The notes below the pieces were generated by a model. That model had not been told where the DNA came from. It did no database searches and saw only the letters and a list, made by a program, of their open reading frames with translations. This document shows positions 27,003 through 36,541 of a stretch of DNA of 50,100 nucleotides, in pieces. Where the stretch lies: positions 1-50,100 of the IMG/VR virus record IMGVR_UViG_3300036832_001188; one strand, given 5' to 3'. Each line of letters begins with the position of its first letter. The first letter of the stretch is position 1. Both the position numbers and the translations under genes were made by a program. The DNA comes from a virus (taxonomy: Duplodnaviria; Caudoviricetes).

Positions 27003-27217
27003 TGGCGACGCTAACGCCAGTACCTCCCGTTGGGGCCAATGTGCTGAACGGAAAAGTGTTCGAGCGAGTGTGGTCTGGCTGGTTCCGCAACCTCTACAAC
27101 GTGCTAGCGCCCGGCCTCACCACCACGATCTCGCTAGCGAAGCTAACCGGCGGCGGAGCCAATGGCTCTATCAGCATCGAGAACGGCATCGTGACTAGCT
27201 ACACAGCACCCACATGA
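26993..27217 (+). CDS. small tail-associated hypothetical protein
   Basis: TTG start with GGAG SD; VWSGWF motif. Confidence 0.6.
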   Translation: MALVATLTPVPPVGANVLNGKVFERVWSGWFRNLYNVLAPGLTTTISLAKLTGGGANGSISIENGIVTSYTAPT

Positions 27218-27717
27218 CCAGCAAGCGGTTCTTCATCTATAGCTTGCCGCGCAGCGGTAGCTCGTGGCTGTCGGTGTTTTTCAGTCAGCCGGGAAGCTAC
27301 TGCTACCACGAACCATTGGCGGATGGGGGATGGCAATATCTATTTGATCGGATGGCCGCAAGGCCAGAGCCCTGTGTGGGTGCTATCGATACCTGTGCGT
27401 ATCAGGCCGGCTCGAACATCTTCGCGATTGAACCTTCGGTTCAGACGTTTGTGTTGATTCGGAACAAGTCCAATATCGGAGATTCGCTGCGCCGCCGCGG
27501 CTGGTTTTTCAATTTCGCCACCGAGAACGATAAGTTCGAGACTGTAACTAGGGGCCTCCCAGCCATCTTCTATGATCGCTTATTCGATGTTGACTACCTC
27601 GAGGAACTGTGGGGGAAGGTGGTTGGGACGCCGTTTGACAGGGAGCGGGCGCTCTATCTGACCGAGATGAATGTCCAGCGGATGTTCACCATCGTGAAGC
27701 AGAGAGCACTCGGGTGA
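27214..27717 (+). CDS. sulfotransferase-fold (P-loop) protein
   Basis: 5'-PSB-like SLPRSGSSWL, HEP, and 3'-PB-like IRNxxxxxxS. Confidence 0.7.
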   Translation: MTSKRFFIYSLPRSGSSWLSVFFSQPGSYCYHEPLADGGWQYLFDRMAARPEPCVGAIDTCAYQAGSNIFAIEPSVQTFVLIRNKSNIGDSLRRRGWFFNFATENDKFETVTRGLPAIFYDRLFDVDYLEELWGKVVGTPFDRERALYLTEMNVQRMFTIVKQRALG

Positions 27718-28274
27718 GCCACATTGGACGACTACCACTTCGCTTTAACACAGATGCGCTGTGTCGGGAGTTGGATTTCCATCCCGAGATCTGGAATGAG
27801 ATCCCCTATCGGACCCGTTTCCCGGAAAGTCCGCATCGCGAGGTGGATGATGTTTGGGTCCGCTACAATGCGCTGGAAAACTACACTGGCGATGGAGCTG
27901 CCTTCAACGCTCCGCATACTTCCGTGTGGTACCCGGTCGTGGACAAGCTGCCCAGTGCGCGGCTACTCGCGCTCGAGCTTTATCAGAGATTGGAGGGCGA
28001 GAGACTGGGCGGCGTTCTTATCACGCGGATCCCACCGTATAAACAAGTGTATCCGCATGTGGATCCGGGGTGGCACGCGCGGTTCTACGAGAAGTTTGTG
28101 ATCCAGCTGAGAGGGAATGGCTTACAGGCGTTTTGCTTCGAGGGCGAGGAACTATCTGTCCAGAGCGGCGAGTGCTATTGGTTTGATAACTCGGTGCCTC
28201 ACTGGGTGACGAATGAGAGCTATAGCGATCGGATTAGCTTGATTGTTTGTATAAGGAGACCGCAGTGCCACTAG
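27714..28274 (+). CDS. aspartyl/asparaginyl beta-hydroxylase-like 2OG-Fe(II) oxygenase
   Basis: HVD...GECYWFDNSVPHWVTN...DRISL (HxD...H iron triad, RxS 2OG motif). Confidence 0.85.
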   Translation: MSHIGRLPLRFNTDALCRELDFHPEIWNEIPYRTRFPESPHREVDDVWVRYNALENYTGDGAAFNAPHTSVWYPVVDKLPSARLLALELYQRLEGERLGGVLITRIPPYKQVYPHVDPGWHARFYEKFVIQLRGNGLQAFCFEGEELSVQSGECYWFDNSVPHWVTNESYSDRISLIVCIRRPQCH

Positions 28275-28900
28275 GTATTATTGGGGGCGTTATTGGTGGT
28301 ATAGCGACCGGGACGCTCGCGGGCGCGGCGAGCGGGGCGGTGATTGGGAGTGTTGCCGCCGGCGCAATCGGGGGTATTGGTGGGCATGGCGGCGGCGGCT
28401 CGGCTTCTGGTGAACAGCAAACGATATTCGCTGAGCAGCAAAACTATGAACAGCAGCTCGAGAAGTTGATCGCTGATCCGAGTTCGGTGACGAAGCTGCC
28501 CGGGTACGAGTTCCAGCTGGGGCAGGGTACGACGGCGGTCGCCCGGCAGATGGCGGGTAGCGGATATCTAGGATCGGGGAATGAGGCGGCGGCGCTCACC
28601 CAATACGGTCAGGGGTTGGCCCAAAATTTCTACACCACGCAAGCTAACTTGTTGGCGCAGCTCGCTGGGATCACAGCGCCGAGCAGCCCCGCGCAGCTGG
28701 GCGCGGTAGCCACACAACAGCAGTCGAACCAGTGGCAGCAGATGTTCGCGGCGATGGGAGGACTTGGGACACTGGCAGGCCATTTCGGGTCGGCTGGCGG
28801 GATGCCGCCCGGGTCGACGGCTCCACCAACGACACCTGCGCCTGCTCCGGGTGGTGGCGGCGGTGGGGGCGGCGGCGTCTTTGGCGGCGGCGCAGGGTAA
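28265..28900 (+). CDS. DNA ejection/pilot protein (P22 gp7-like)
   Basis: Gly/Ala-rich hydrophobic N-terminus; PGYEFQLGQG...GYLGSG...LTQYGQGLA motif; GTG start after AAGGAG. Confidence 0.75.
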   Translation: MPLGIIGGVIGGIATGTLAGAASGAVIGSVAAGAIGGIGGHGGGGSASGEQQTIFAEQQNYEQQLEKLIADPSSVTKLPGYEFQLGQGTTAVARQMAGSGYLGSGNEAAALTQYGQGLAQNFYTTQANLLAQLAGITAPSSPAQLGAVATQQQSNQWQQMFAAMGGLGTLAGHFGSAGGMPPGSTAPPTTPAPAPGGGGGGGGGVFGGGAG

Positions 28901-28914
28901 GTTAGGAGTTAGCT

Positions 28915-30438
28915 ATGGCATTCGGCGGCGGCGGCGGAATGGGAATGGCGGCGCTTGGCGGTCTCGCCAGCGGCTACGTAGAGGGTCAGCAGGAGGGAAT
29001 GCACGAGCAGATGCAAGCGCTCGCGATCGGCGAGGGCAAGCAGAAAATGGAAATGACCCGGATGGATATCGACCGCCGTAAGCAACTGCTGGAGGCCCAG
29101 AAGTCCATCGCCGGCAAGATGCAGAGCATGAACACCGCGCTGGCGACCGACCCCCAAGGGTTAGCGACCCAACTCGCCCAGCGGTCGATGGTAGCCGCCG
29201 ATACGTACATGGATAAGGGCTTCCCCGAGGAAGCTATGGTTCAGTACAAAGAGGGCGTGACGCTGCTGACCAACGCCGCGAAGATGCAGGAAGTGCTCAG
29301 CGCTGAGCAGGACCGCAACTCTACGATGGTCGCTAATGTAGCAGATGATGTTATCGGCGCGTATAGCAAAGGGGGTCAGCAGGCGGGACAACGCGCCCAG
29401 GATAAAGCGATGATGACCCTACGTGAGCTGCACCCGAACGCTAAATTCCAGATCCAACCGGGCGAACCGTTCGATCCGCAGAAATGGGCCATGATTAAAG
29501 ACCACGCCACCGATGCGAAAGAAAAGGCGACTATTGCTAGGGATAAAGCCACCGAGGTGAAAGACTATGCGGAGGCTCGAGAGCACAGCGCCAAGGCTAA
29601 GAAAGACGAATACGATTTGCAAGAGGAGAAGAAGCTGGAGACTAGCATTGATAAAGAGGGTGGGGATTCGGGGAGTGTTGTCGGCCGTGTGGAAAGCGGA
29701 ATGATACAGGCGGGTTCGCCGTTTGGTCAGGTGGTTCCAGGATGGGGAACCGCTGCGGTGAAGGAGCGTAGGCTCAGAGTCGCGCAAGCCGCTCAAGACA
29801 TGAAGAGGGAACATCCTGACTGGTCGCCGGAACGAATAGGAGCAGAGCTTTCCAAGCGGCAGAGTACGTACGCGGCCGAACGAAGCGGTGAGATGGCGAA
29901 ACAACGAACCGTGCAGACACGCGCCGGCGCTATTGAATCCTCCATCAACGCTATGTTGGTACCCGGCGTCGGTTCTATTCCATTGTATGAAGCAGCGGCA
30001 CAAGAGACCGACTTCTCGCGGCTCAAGCCGGCGAAGACCGGGGAGCAGTGGTACATGGACAATGTCTCCGACCCAAAGCTTACTAACTATATGCTGAAAG
30101 CGAACGCGCTGGCGATGGAGTACGCGGTAGTGATGGCACGCGGCGGTAAAGGTGGAACAACCGATCGTGAGCACGCGCTCGATATGATCGCTAAAACCAA
30201 GACGCCCGAACAGGCTATGACTGTGGGCAATTCGCTTATTCAAGAGGCGCGAGCGCAGCTACTCGGCACGAAAAAGACGCTCAAGGGGACCACGGAGGAA
30301 GAGTTGACAGGTGAGGGATCACGAAACAATCCGTTTACGGTTACAAGTGACGAAGATTTCACCGATATCCCGCCGGGGTCGTACTTTATTGATCCTGCCG
30401 GTCAAACAAGACGGAAGCCCGGCGGCGAGGGTAGGTAA
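28915..30438 (+). CDS. internal virion / ejection protein (putative)
   Basis: Helical Ala/Gln/Lys-rich, follows the pilot protein; AGGAG SD. Confidence 0.65.
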   Translation: MAFGGGGGMGMAALGGLASGYVEGQQEGMHEQMQALAIGEGKQKMEMTRMDIDRRKQLLEAQKSIAGKMQSMNTALATDPQGLATQLAQRSMVAADTYMDKGFPEEAMVQYKEGVTLLTNAAKMQEVLSAEQDRNSTMVANVADDVIGAYSKGGQQAGQRAQDKAMMTLRELHPNAKFQIQPGEPFDPQKWAMIKDHATDAKEKATIARDKATEVKDYAEAREHSAKAKKDEYDLQEEKKLETSIDKEGGDSGSVVGRVESGMIQAGSPFGQVVPGWGTAAVKERRLRVAQAAQDMKREHPDWSPERIGAELSKRQSTYAAERSGEMAKQRTVQTRAGAIESSINAMLVPGVGSIPLYEAAAQETDFSRLKPAKTGEQWYMDNVSDPKLTNYMLKANALAMEYAVVMARGGKGGTTDREHALDMIAKTKTPEQAMTVGNSLIQEARAQLLGTKKTLKGTTEEELTGEGSRNNPFTVTSDEDFTDIPPGSYFIDPAGQTRRKPGGEGR

Positions 30439-31869
30439 ATGGGATGGCAAGACGCACCACTAGTGGATTTGTCACAGCCGAGCGACGAGAAGAAACCAGC
30501 TGCAGGTGGAAAGCCGGCGGCGCGCAAGCCTAACTGGATGGCAGCACCTCTTATAGGGGCTGGTGGTGCGCCGAAGCCGCCCAGCTATGGAGAGAGGGTA
30601 GAGGCTGCTGGCAAAAAGATGGATCGGCAGATCGGCACCGGTGTTAGCGGCGTCCTGAAGGGAGCCGTTGCGACCGCCGAGGTGGCGGAAGAGATACTCA
30701 CTACTCCGCTCGCCGATATCGCCGGCGCTGCGACCAGTGTTGTCACCCAGGATCCCAAGAAGGGCACTACGGTTAAGGGGTGGATTCAAACACATCCAGC
30801 CACCTCGTATGGGCAGGCAACCTCCAACTACTTGGCGACGATCGCTGAGCCGCTATCCAAGATGCTAGGGGTACCTAAAGAGAAACTGGAGAAATCGGGG
30901 CACCCGATCCTGGCCCAAGTGTACGAGGCGGCGGTTGATCTCGCTAGTGTGGAGACGGTCGGTACGGCGGTGAAGGGTGCAAAGCGCATCGGCACAGCCG
31001 CCACTAAAGCCATGCCGGTCACGTCGGCGCAGAAGCTCAGCAAGTTAGCCGGAAAGGGCGAGCAGTTTCGGGATACCGTTAGGTCGATACAAGCTGACGC
31101 TCAACAGGCCGAAGCTGATATGCAGAAGTTCGCGCCGGTCAAAGACCCCAGGACGGGCAAGTTTACTAGGCAGGGACCGGCGTTCGTCGCCGCCCAAGCC
31201 AAGGCGGAAGCTACCAAGGTCGCCGCCGATGCGATCAGCGACAGGAATCTCTACGGCAAAATGTTCAGCGAGAATGTCGCCGACATCGATAGTGTTAAGG
31301 AATCGATGGGGCGATTGGGTTCGCACGCGCCTATTTTCGTGGACGAGACGATCCGCCAGATGGGCGAAACAACCATGGGCGACTTCAGCGCGGTACAGTT
31401 CGTGCGCAAGTACAAAAGCATGCCGATTGAAACCAAGCGGACGGTGTTCGCCGGCGTCAAGGGCGACCAGTACATGCGCGATATGAATGCGCTGGTGGCG
31501 GATATCGAGCACATCAACGGGATGGCTAAGAGGGGGAAGATAAACATGCCGCCGGGCCTTCACCACTTAGACTTTACTCGTACGGATATTATTGTTGCTT
31601 CGTTGGTTGCGGCGGGCGGAGTGAAGTTGGGCGTCCCGCACATGCTCGCCTTCGGTGTTGGTTTATATATGGGGAAGCCGATCGAGCGGCTGTTTAAGGA
31701 TCCGCGGACGATACATATCCTGCGGAACACCGCCGACACGACGCTCGCCACGGCGGGCGAGACCGGCCGCCTAGCGTTCGGGATGAGCATCATGGCGGAT
31801 GATCGTGGCGAGGACAAATCGGCAGTGCCCGAGCCCTACGATAAGCGCCATGGCATCGTGCAGAGATGA
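30439..31869 (+). CDS. internal virion / ejection protein (putative)
   Basis: MGWQDAPLV N-terminus, helical, third gene of the ejection cluster. Confidence 0.65.
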   Translation: MGWQDAPLVDLSQPSDEKKPAAGGKPAARKPNWMAAPLIGAGGAPKPPSYGERVEAAGKKMDRQIGTGVSGVLKGAVATAEVAEEILTTPLADIAGAATSVVTQDPKKGTTVKGWIQTHPATSYGQATSNYLATIAEPLSKMLGVPKEKLEKSGHPILAQVYEAAVDLASVETVGTAVKGAKRIGTAATKAMPVTSAQKLSKLAGKGEQFRDTVRSIQADAQQAEADMQKFAPVKDPRTGKFTRQGPAFVAAQAKAEATKVAADAISDRNLYGKMFSENVADIDSVKESMGRLGSHAPIFVDETIRQMGETTMGDFSAVQFVRKYKSMPIETKRTVFAGVKGDQYMRDMNALVADIEHINGMAKRGKINMPPGLHHLDFTRTDIIVASLVAAGGVKLGVPHMLAFGVGLYMGKPIERLFKDPRTIHILRNTADTTLATAGETGRLAFGMSIMADDRGEDKSAVPEPYDKRHGIVQR

Positions 31870-33173
31870 AACTGTTCGTGATGGACAACGACGGCGACGG
31901 CGTGGGGATAGATCTAGCACTTCGTGCTAAGTCCGCCGATCACTCCGTGAGGTATTGGACCCCGCCGAAGAGCGGCCCGTACGGCGAGGGTCTACTCGTC
32001 AAGGTCGAAGAGTGGGAGCCGCTGATGGACTGGGCCGACCTGATCGTCCTAACAGGGAATGCTAAGTATGGTGGACCACTCACAAAGTACTTCGGGGAAG
32101 GATACCCAATCTTTGGAACGAACGCTCGAGCCGCCGAACTCGAGTTGGACAGAGAAGTTGGTCAGCGCACTCTTGATGATTGCGGTGTGGATACTCTTGC
32201 TTACCACGGGGTGGATGATATCGATAGTGCTATTTCTCTCGTTACGCGAACTGGTGAGGCTTATGCGATAAAGCCTTGGGGGGGAGAGGCCGATAAGGCG
32301 ATGACTTGCGTCGCGCGCGATGCCGACGAGGCGATCTTCATGTTGGAGCGGTGGAAATCGATGGGCCTTAAGGGCAAGTTGATGCTCCAAGAAAAGGTCG
32401 AGGGGATAGAGGTTGGGATCAGCGGGTTCTTCGGCCCCGGCGGCTGGTCTGTAGCGCTCGAAGAGAGCTTCGAGCACAAGAAGTTCATGAACGATGAACT
32501 AGGCTGCAACACCGGCGAAATGGGCACGGTGATCCGGCATGTCAGCAAGAGCAAACTGTTTGATGAGATCCTCGAACCCCTCACTGAGTACCTGCACGAG
32601 ATCAACTATATCGGGGACTGCAATGTCAATTGTATCGTGGACGCCGCTGGCAAGCCCTGGCCGCTCGAGTTCACCATGCGCCTCGGCTGGCCAGACTTCT
32701 GCATTCGCCAATCTCTAATCGACGGAGATCCTGTCGAGTGGATGGCCGATTTAGTTCATGGTACCGATTCGTTGGAAGTGTTTCCTGATGTCGCCGTAGG
32801 CGTCCTCATCGCCCACGGCGACTTCCCTACAGGGCACGATCCAGAAGGAACATGGGCCGGTTTCCCCATTGATGGCGTAACGGCTGAGACTCGACCCCAC
32901 TTGCACTTCCAACAGGTAATGAAGGGGATTGTGCCCGTCCTGACGGACGGCCGCGTCCGTCAGGTTAGCCGGCTGCTGACAGCTGGAAGCTATGTGATGA
33001 TTGTTAGTGGGACGGGGGAGACGATTAGCGCCGCGCGGAAGGCTGCGTACGAGACAGCGTGGGAAATCAAGATGCCCTCGAATGTGATGTTCCGCACGGA
33101 TATTGGGGCGTGGCTCGAGGACGAGCTGCCGCAGCTGCAGAAGCACGGTTACTGTAAGGGACTGGAGTACTGA
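31866..33173 (+). CDS. PurD (GAR synthetase)-like ATP-grasp ligase, divergent
   Basis: IFG...AELE, IKPWG, EKVEGIE, EHKK...GCNTGEMG and LEFTMRLGWP; lacks the PurD N-terminal GxGGRE loop. Confidence 0.8.
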   Translation: MKLFVMDNDGDGVGIDLALRAKSADHSVRYWTPPKSGPYGEGLLVKVEEWEPLMDWADLIVLTGNAKYGGPLTKYFGEGYPIFGTNARAAELELDREVGQRTLDDCGVDTLAYHGVDDIDSAISLVTRTGEAYAIKPWGGEADKAMTCVARDADEAIFMLERWKSMGLKGKLMLQEKVEGIEVGISGFFGPGGWSVALEESFEHKKFMNDELGCNTGEMGTVIRHVSKSKLFDEILEPLTEYLHEINYIGDCNVNCIVDAAGKPWPLEFTMRLGWPDFCIRQSLIDGDPVEWMADLVHGTDSLEVFPDVAVGVLIAHGDFPTGHDPEGTWAGFPIDGVTAETRPHLHFQQVMKGIVPVLTDGRVRQVSRLLTAGSYVMIVSGTGETISAARKAAYETAWEIKMPSNVMFRTDIGAWLEDELPQLQKHGYCKGLEY

Positions 33174-33174
33174 G

Positions 33175-33501
33175 GTGGGCTGGCCGATCAGGGGGCGGGC
33201 GGACTACCTGAAGTTGGGGAGTTGGAATGCCGCCTGCTCGATGTGTGGGCGGAAGCGGAAAGCGGATGAGATGGTCCGCAACTGGCAGGGATTGTATCGG
33301 TGTCCTGAACACGACGAGCCGCGGCAGCCGCAAGACTTTGCGCGCGGCGTGAAAGAGGACATGGGCGTGCCGTGGTCCCAGAACCCTGCGCCCGCTTTCG
33401 TTTATCTCTGCTCAGTCAACACACAATCCGCCGTGGCGGGTGTTGGAGCGGCGGGCTGCATGGTAGTGGGTAACCCAATTTGGGACCCGTACGGAGTTTA
33501 A
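33175..33501 (+). CDS. conserved CxxC-containing phage protein
   Basis: WNAACSMCG...RCPEHDEPRQPQDF; GTG start after GGAG. Confidence 0.65.
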   Translation: MGWPIRGRADYLKLGSWNAACSMCGRKRKADEMVRNWQGLYRCPEHDEPRQPQDFARGVKEDMGVPWSQNPAPAFVYLCSVNTQSAVAGVGAAGCMVVGNPIWDPYGV

Positions 33502-33502
33502 G

Positions 33503-35284
33503 ATGACTACGTTTGTCGAGAAGCAGAGTGTGGTGCACGCGGACTGGCTAAATGGGGTTGATGGCCTAGCTAATACACCCGTGTTCGAGGGAGCGCAGAC
33601 CAAGCCGGATGCGCGAACAGCGCTCTATTCGGATGCGCCGCTCGAGATCTTAAATGGGGGGACGGCGGCGCGGGATGCCGGCGCGGCGCTCTCGAATCTG
33701 GGAGGATTCCCCTCTGCTAACTTCACCCGAGTGAACATCGGCTCGACGCTGTTCCCCCAAACAGCGGATGAGTTCGCTGCTTCCATCACTCCAGTCAACT
33801 ACTACTATCCTCCAGGGCAGTTCGAACGGTATGGGGCGATAGGGAATAACACAGTGGATGACTCGGCGGCAGTGCTGACTGCGATCATGAGTGGAGCGCT
33901 AGTCACCGGTATTGCGGGGAATACCTATTATTGCGGAACGGGCACGATCAACGTGACGGTGTCCTTCACTGCTAGCCTATATGGTGTGGCGCTGCGTACC
34001 GCGGTCGCGGGAGCGACCTTTCTGAATATCACTGCTAGCAACGTTACGATCCGCGGTGTTGAGATCTATGGGCGCGGCAACTCGGCTTACACTTCCCTGG
34101 AGCGGCTGGTGGTCTGGAGCGGCACCGCGGACGCCATTAGTCCGCCGGTCTATGTGACCGATCTGCGGCTCACCGACTGCTACATCCACGACTCTGGCGA
34201 GCGGGCGATCTATAGCGAGTACGGCCAGCGGGCGACGATCACCAACTGTCGGTTCAAGAACCTCGGCTACGCCGGGATCACCACCCTTTCGGGTGTCGAC
34301 TGGGAGATTCTCGGCGGAATCATCGATACGATTTCTCCAGGTACGTCCGGCAATGCCTACGGGGTTTCCTTCACCCGCAACCCGACACTCAGCGACAACC
34401 TGACGCTCATCCCGCGCAGTAAGAACTGCAAGGTGATCGGGATGACCGTCCTGAACAACACCATCTGGACGGCACTCGATACGCACGGCGGTGAGGAATG
34501 TCACTTCATCAGTAACATCGTCCAGAACTGCAAGATGGGCGTGACGATCGGGTCGTGCCCGGGAGTCTCTACCAACCCACTGTTCGGTCCCAAGAACTGC
34601 AAATCGATTGGGAACAACGTCCTGAACACGACGCCGATCTCCGGTAACTTCGGTATAGGTATCAATGGCGCGATCGTCGTGACGGGTACGCTAGTCGATG
34701 CCGCTGATGGCTGCTGCTCGGTTGGCGACAAGGTGCTGGGGTGCGGGGTGACGGCCAATCCGAACAGTGCCGGATTCCAGTTCAGCGCGACGACTGGGCT
34801 CATCGTCTCGGGCTCGCACGCCATCGCCTGCTTCCCACATGGGTTCATCTTCTACCACGACAACTACGGGTTCACAGCGACGGGGCTCGTCGCGGTCGAC
34901 CCCTATGATAGTACGGTCACCAATTGCGCCGGCATCTACCTGCCGTCCGACTACAACACCGGCGCGATCAGCGGCTGTTCGTTCCGCCGGGTGAACGCGG
35001 GACTCGGCACGACCGTAGGCCGGTGGGCAATCGCTGGGGTAAACGTCGCCAACTCCGCGTTCGCGATCGGCGCGAACTACAGCACGATGACGGGGTATGT
35101 GTCGGGTATCCCGGGCTTCACCGTGACCCCGCTCACGGATAGCAGCGGCGGCACACCAAGCAACACCATCGCTGCGGTTCCGGGCAGCTACACACAGGCT
35201 ACCTTGGCGAATCAGCTGGCCTCGCTAGCTTCAGCGATCAACACGATCGAGACGACACTCAGAACGGCAGGACTCATGCAATAG
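33503..35284 (+). CDS. tailspike with right-handed beta-helix (pectin-lyase-like depolymerase)
   Basis: ADWLNGVD attachment N-terminus, YGAIGNNTVDDSAA entry motif, Asn/Cys beta-helix ladder, LRTAGL C-terminal trimer motif. Confidence 0.85.
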   Translation: MTTFVEKQSVVHADWLNGVDGLANTPVFEGAQTKPDARTALYSDAPLEILNGGTAARDAGAALSNLGGFPSANFTRVNIGSTLFPQTADEFAASITPVNYYYPPGQFERYGAIGNNTVDDSAAVLTAIMSGALVTGIAGNTYYCGTGTINVTVSFTASLYGVALRTAVAGATFLNITASNVTIRGVEIYGRGNSAYTSLERLVVWSGTADAISPPVYVTDLRLTDCYIHDSGERAIYSEYGQRATITNCRFKNLGYAGITTLSGVDWEILGGIIDTISPGTSGNAYGVSFTRNPTLSDNLTLIPRSKNCKVIGMTVLNNTIWTALDTHGGEECHFISNIVQNCKMGVTIGSCPGVSTNPLFGPKNCKSIGNNVLNTTPISGNFGIGINGAIVVTGTLVDAADGCCSVGDKVLGCGVTANPNSAGFQFSATTGLIVSGSHAIACFPHGFIFYHDNYGFTATGLVAVDPYDSTVTNCAGIYLPSDYNTGAISGCSFRRVNAGLGTTVGRWAIAGVNVANSAFAIGANYSTMTGYVSGIPGFTVTPLTDSSGGTPSNTIAAVPGSYTQATLANQLASLASAINTIETTLRTAGLMQ

Positions 35285-35307
35285 TGTAAGGGACTACGCG
35301 AGGTGAA

Positions 35308-35616
35308 ATGGCAGATGAAGCATCAAGTAGTGGGATCGTAGAATGGTTAGCGGTTATCGTCCCTACATTGTTGGGACTAGGAGCGGCTATGTGGCAGCTA
35401 GGAAAGCGGCTATTTGCCAGCGTCACGCGCGAGGAACTGCGCGATACGCTGGAAGAGTGGCAGAGTCAGAGGATCGATATGCACAACGAGAATAAAAAGA
35501 CCCTGACCGACCTGGGGGGAGAACTTCACGAGCTGAGCAGGAAGGTCGCTCGGCTCGAGGGGTCTTTATCGGGTCGCTACCAGCGGCCCGATCAACAGCG
35601 GGACCGGGATAGATGA
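35308..35616 (+). CDS. single-TM coiled-coil membrane protein of the lysis module
   Basis: TM WLAVIVPTLLGLGAAMW followed by a coiled coil; ATGA-coupled to the endolysin. Confidence 0.6.
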   Translation: MADEASSSGIVEWLAVIVPTLLGLGAAMWQLGKRLFASVTREELRDTLEEWQSQRIDMHNENKKTLTDLGGELHELSRKVARLEGSLSGRYQRPDQQRDRDR

Positions 35617-36017
35617 GCCGATCGCTCGATGACCTGCGCCCCGAGATCCGCCCGATGGTGGATAAATTCCTTGCGGCAGTGCAGGCGGCAGGGATCGATT
35701 TGCTCGTAACGTGCACGCTCCGGTCGTTCGCGGAGCAGACGGCGCTATACGCGCAGGGACGCACCGCCCCCGGCTACATCGTCACTAAGGCGAAAGCGGG
35801 GGAGTCGGCGCATAACTTCGGCCTAGCGGTCGATGTTGTGCCGATCGTCAACGGCAAACCGGAGTGGGTGGGATCGGACCCGATCTGGGAACAAGTGGGT
35901 GAAATGGGCGAGCAGGCTGGACTCGAGTGGTATGGCGCTGTTGGGCAGCCGTTCCCGGAACTGCCGCACTTCCAACACCGGGAGTGGCGGCTGATTGCAC
36001 AACAACTGGAAGCATGA
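35613..36017 (+). CDS. endolysin, peptidase M15 family (L-Ala-D-Glu peptidase-like)
   Basis: RSFAEQTALYAQGRT, SAHNFGLAVD (SxH-x6-D), ELPHFQ. Confidence 0.92.
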   Translation: MSRSLDDLRPEIRPMVDKFLAAVQAAGIDLLVTCTLRSFAEQTALYAQGRTAPGYIVTKAKAGESAHNFGLAVDVVPIVNGKPEWVGSDPIWEQVGEMGEQAGLEWYGAVGQPFPELPHFQHREWRLIAQQLEA

Positions 36018-36541
36018 CAGTGAATATCGGCAAACAAGCTCTTGCGATCCTCACGACAGTCGCTCCCACAATTGCCACGGCGCTTGGCGGGCCGGTGGCG
36101 GGCCTTGCTGTGCAGAAGCTGGAGCAGTTCTTTGGGGTGAAAGGTGACGCGGAACTCGACGCCGCGGTCGCCGGCGCTACGCCCGATCAGATGCTTGCGT
36201 TGAAGAAGCTCGATAACGATTTCAAAGTGCAGATGGCGCAGATCGGCTTTCAGGAGGATCAGCTGGTCTATGGTGATATCGCTTCTGCGCGGCAGCGGGA
36301 GGTAGCCGTAAAGGATTGGATTCCCGCCGCCCTAGCTATCGGCATCACCGTCGGGTTCTTCGGCATTCTCGCCTTTATGCTGGTCTATGGGGTCAGGAAG
36401 GAAGCCGGCGGGGATGCCCTACTAGTGCTGCTAGGCTCGCTCGGAACTGCCTGGACGGCAGTAGTGAGCTATTACTTTGGCAGCTCGCTCGGTGCCCGCA
36501 AGAGCGCGGAGGCGCTGGCGACGATCGCCAAGCAACCCTAA
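36014..36541 (+). CDS. holin (3-TM type, putative)
   Basis: APTIATALGGP N-terminus, DIASARQRE, two TM segments, YYFGSS; ATGA overlap with the endolysin. Confidence 0.75.
   Translation: MTVNIGKQALAILTTVAPTIATALGGPVAGLAVQKLEQFFGVKGDAELDAAVAGATPDQMLALKKLDNDFKVQMAQIGFQEDQLVYGDIASARQREVAVKDWIPAALAIGITVGFFGILAFMLVYGVRKEAGGDALLVLLGSLGTAWTAVVSYYFGSSLGARKSAEALATIAKQP

Noticed and set aside
31866-33173. Bona fide purD auxiliary metabolic gene
   Set aside because: PRA-binding loop missing and no other pur genes; gene symbol withheld
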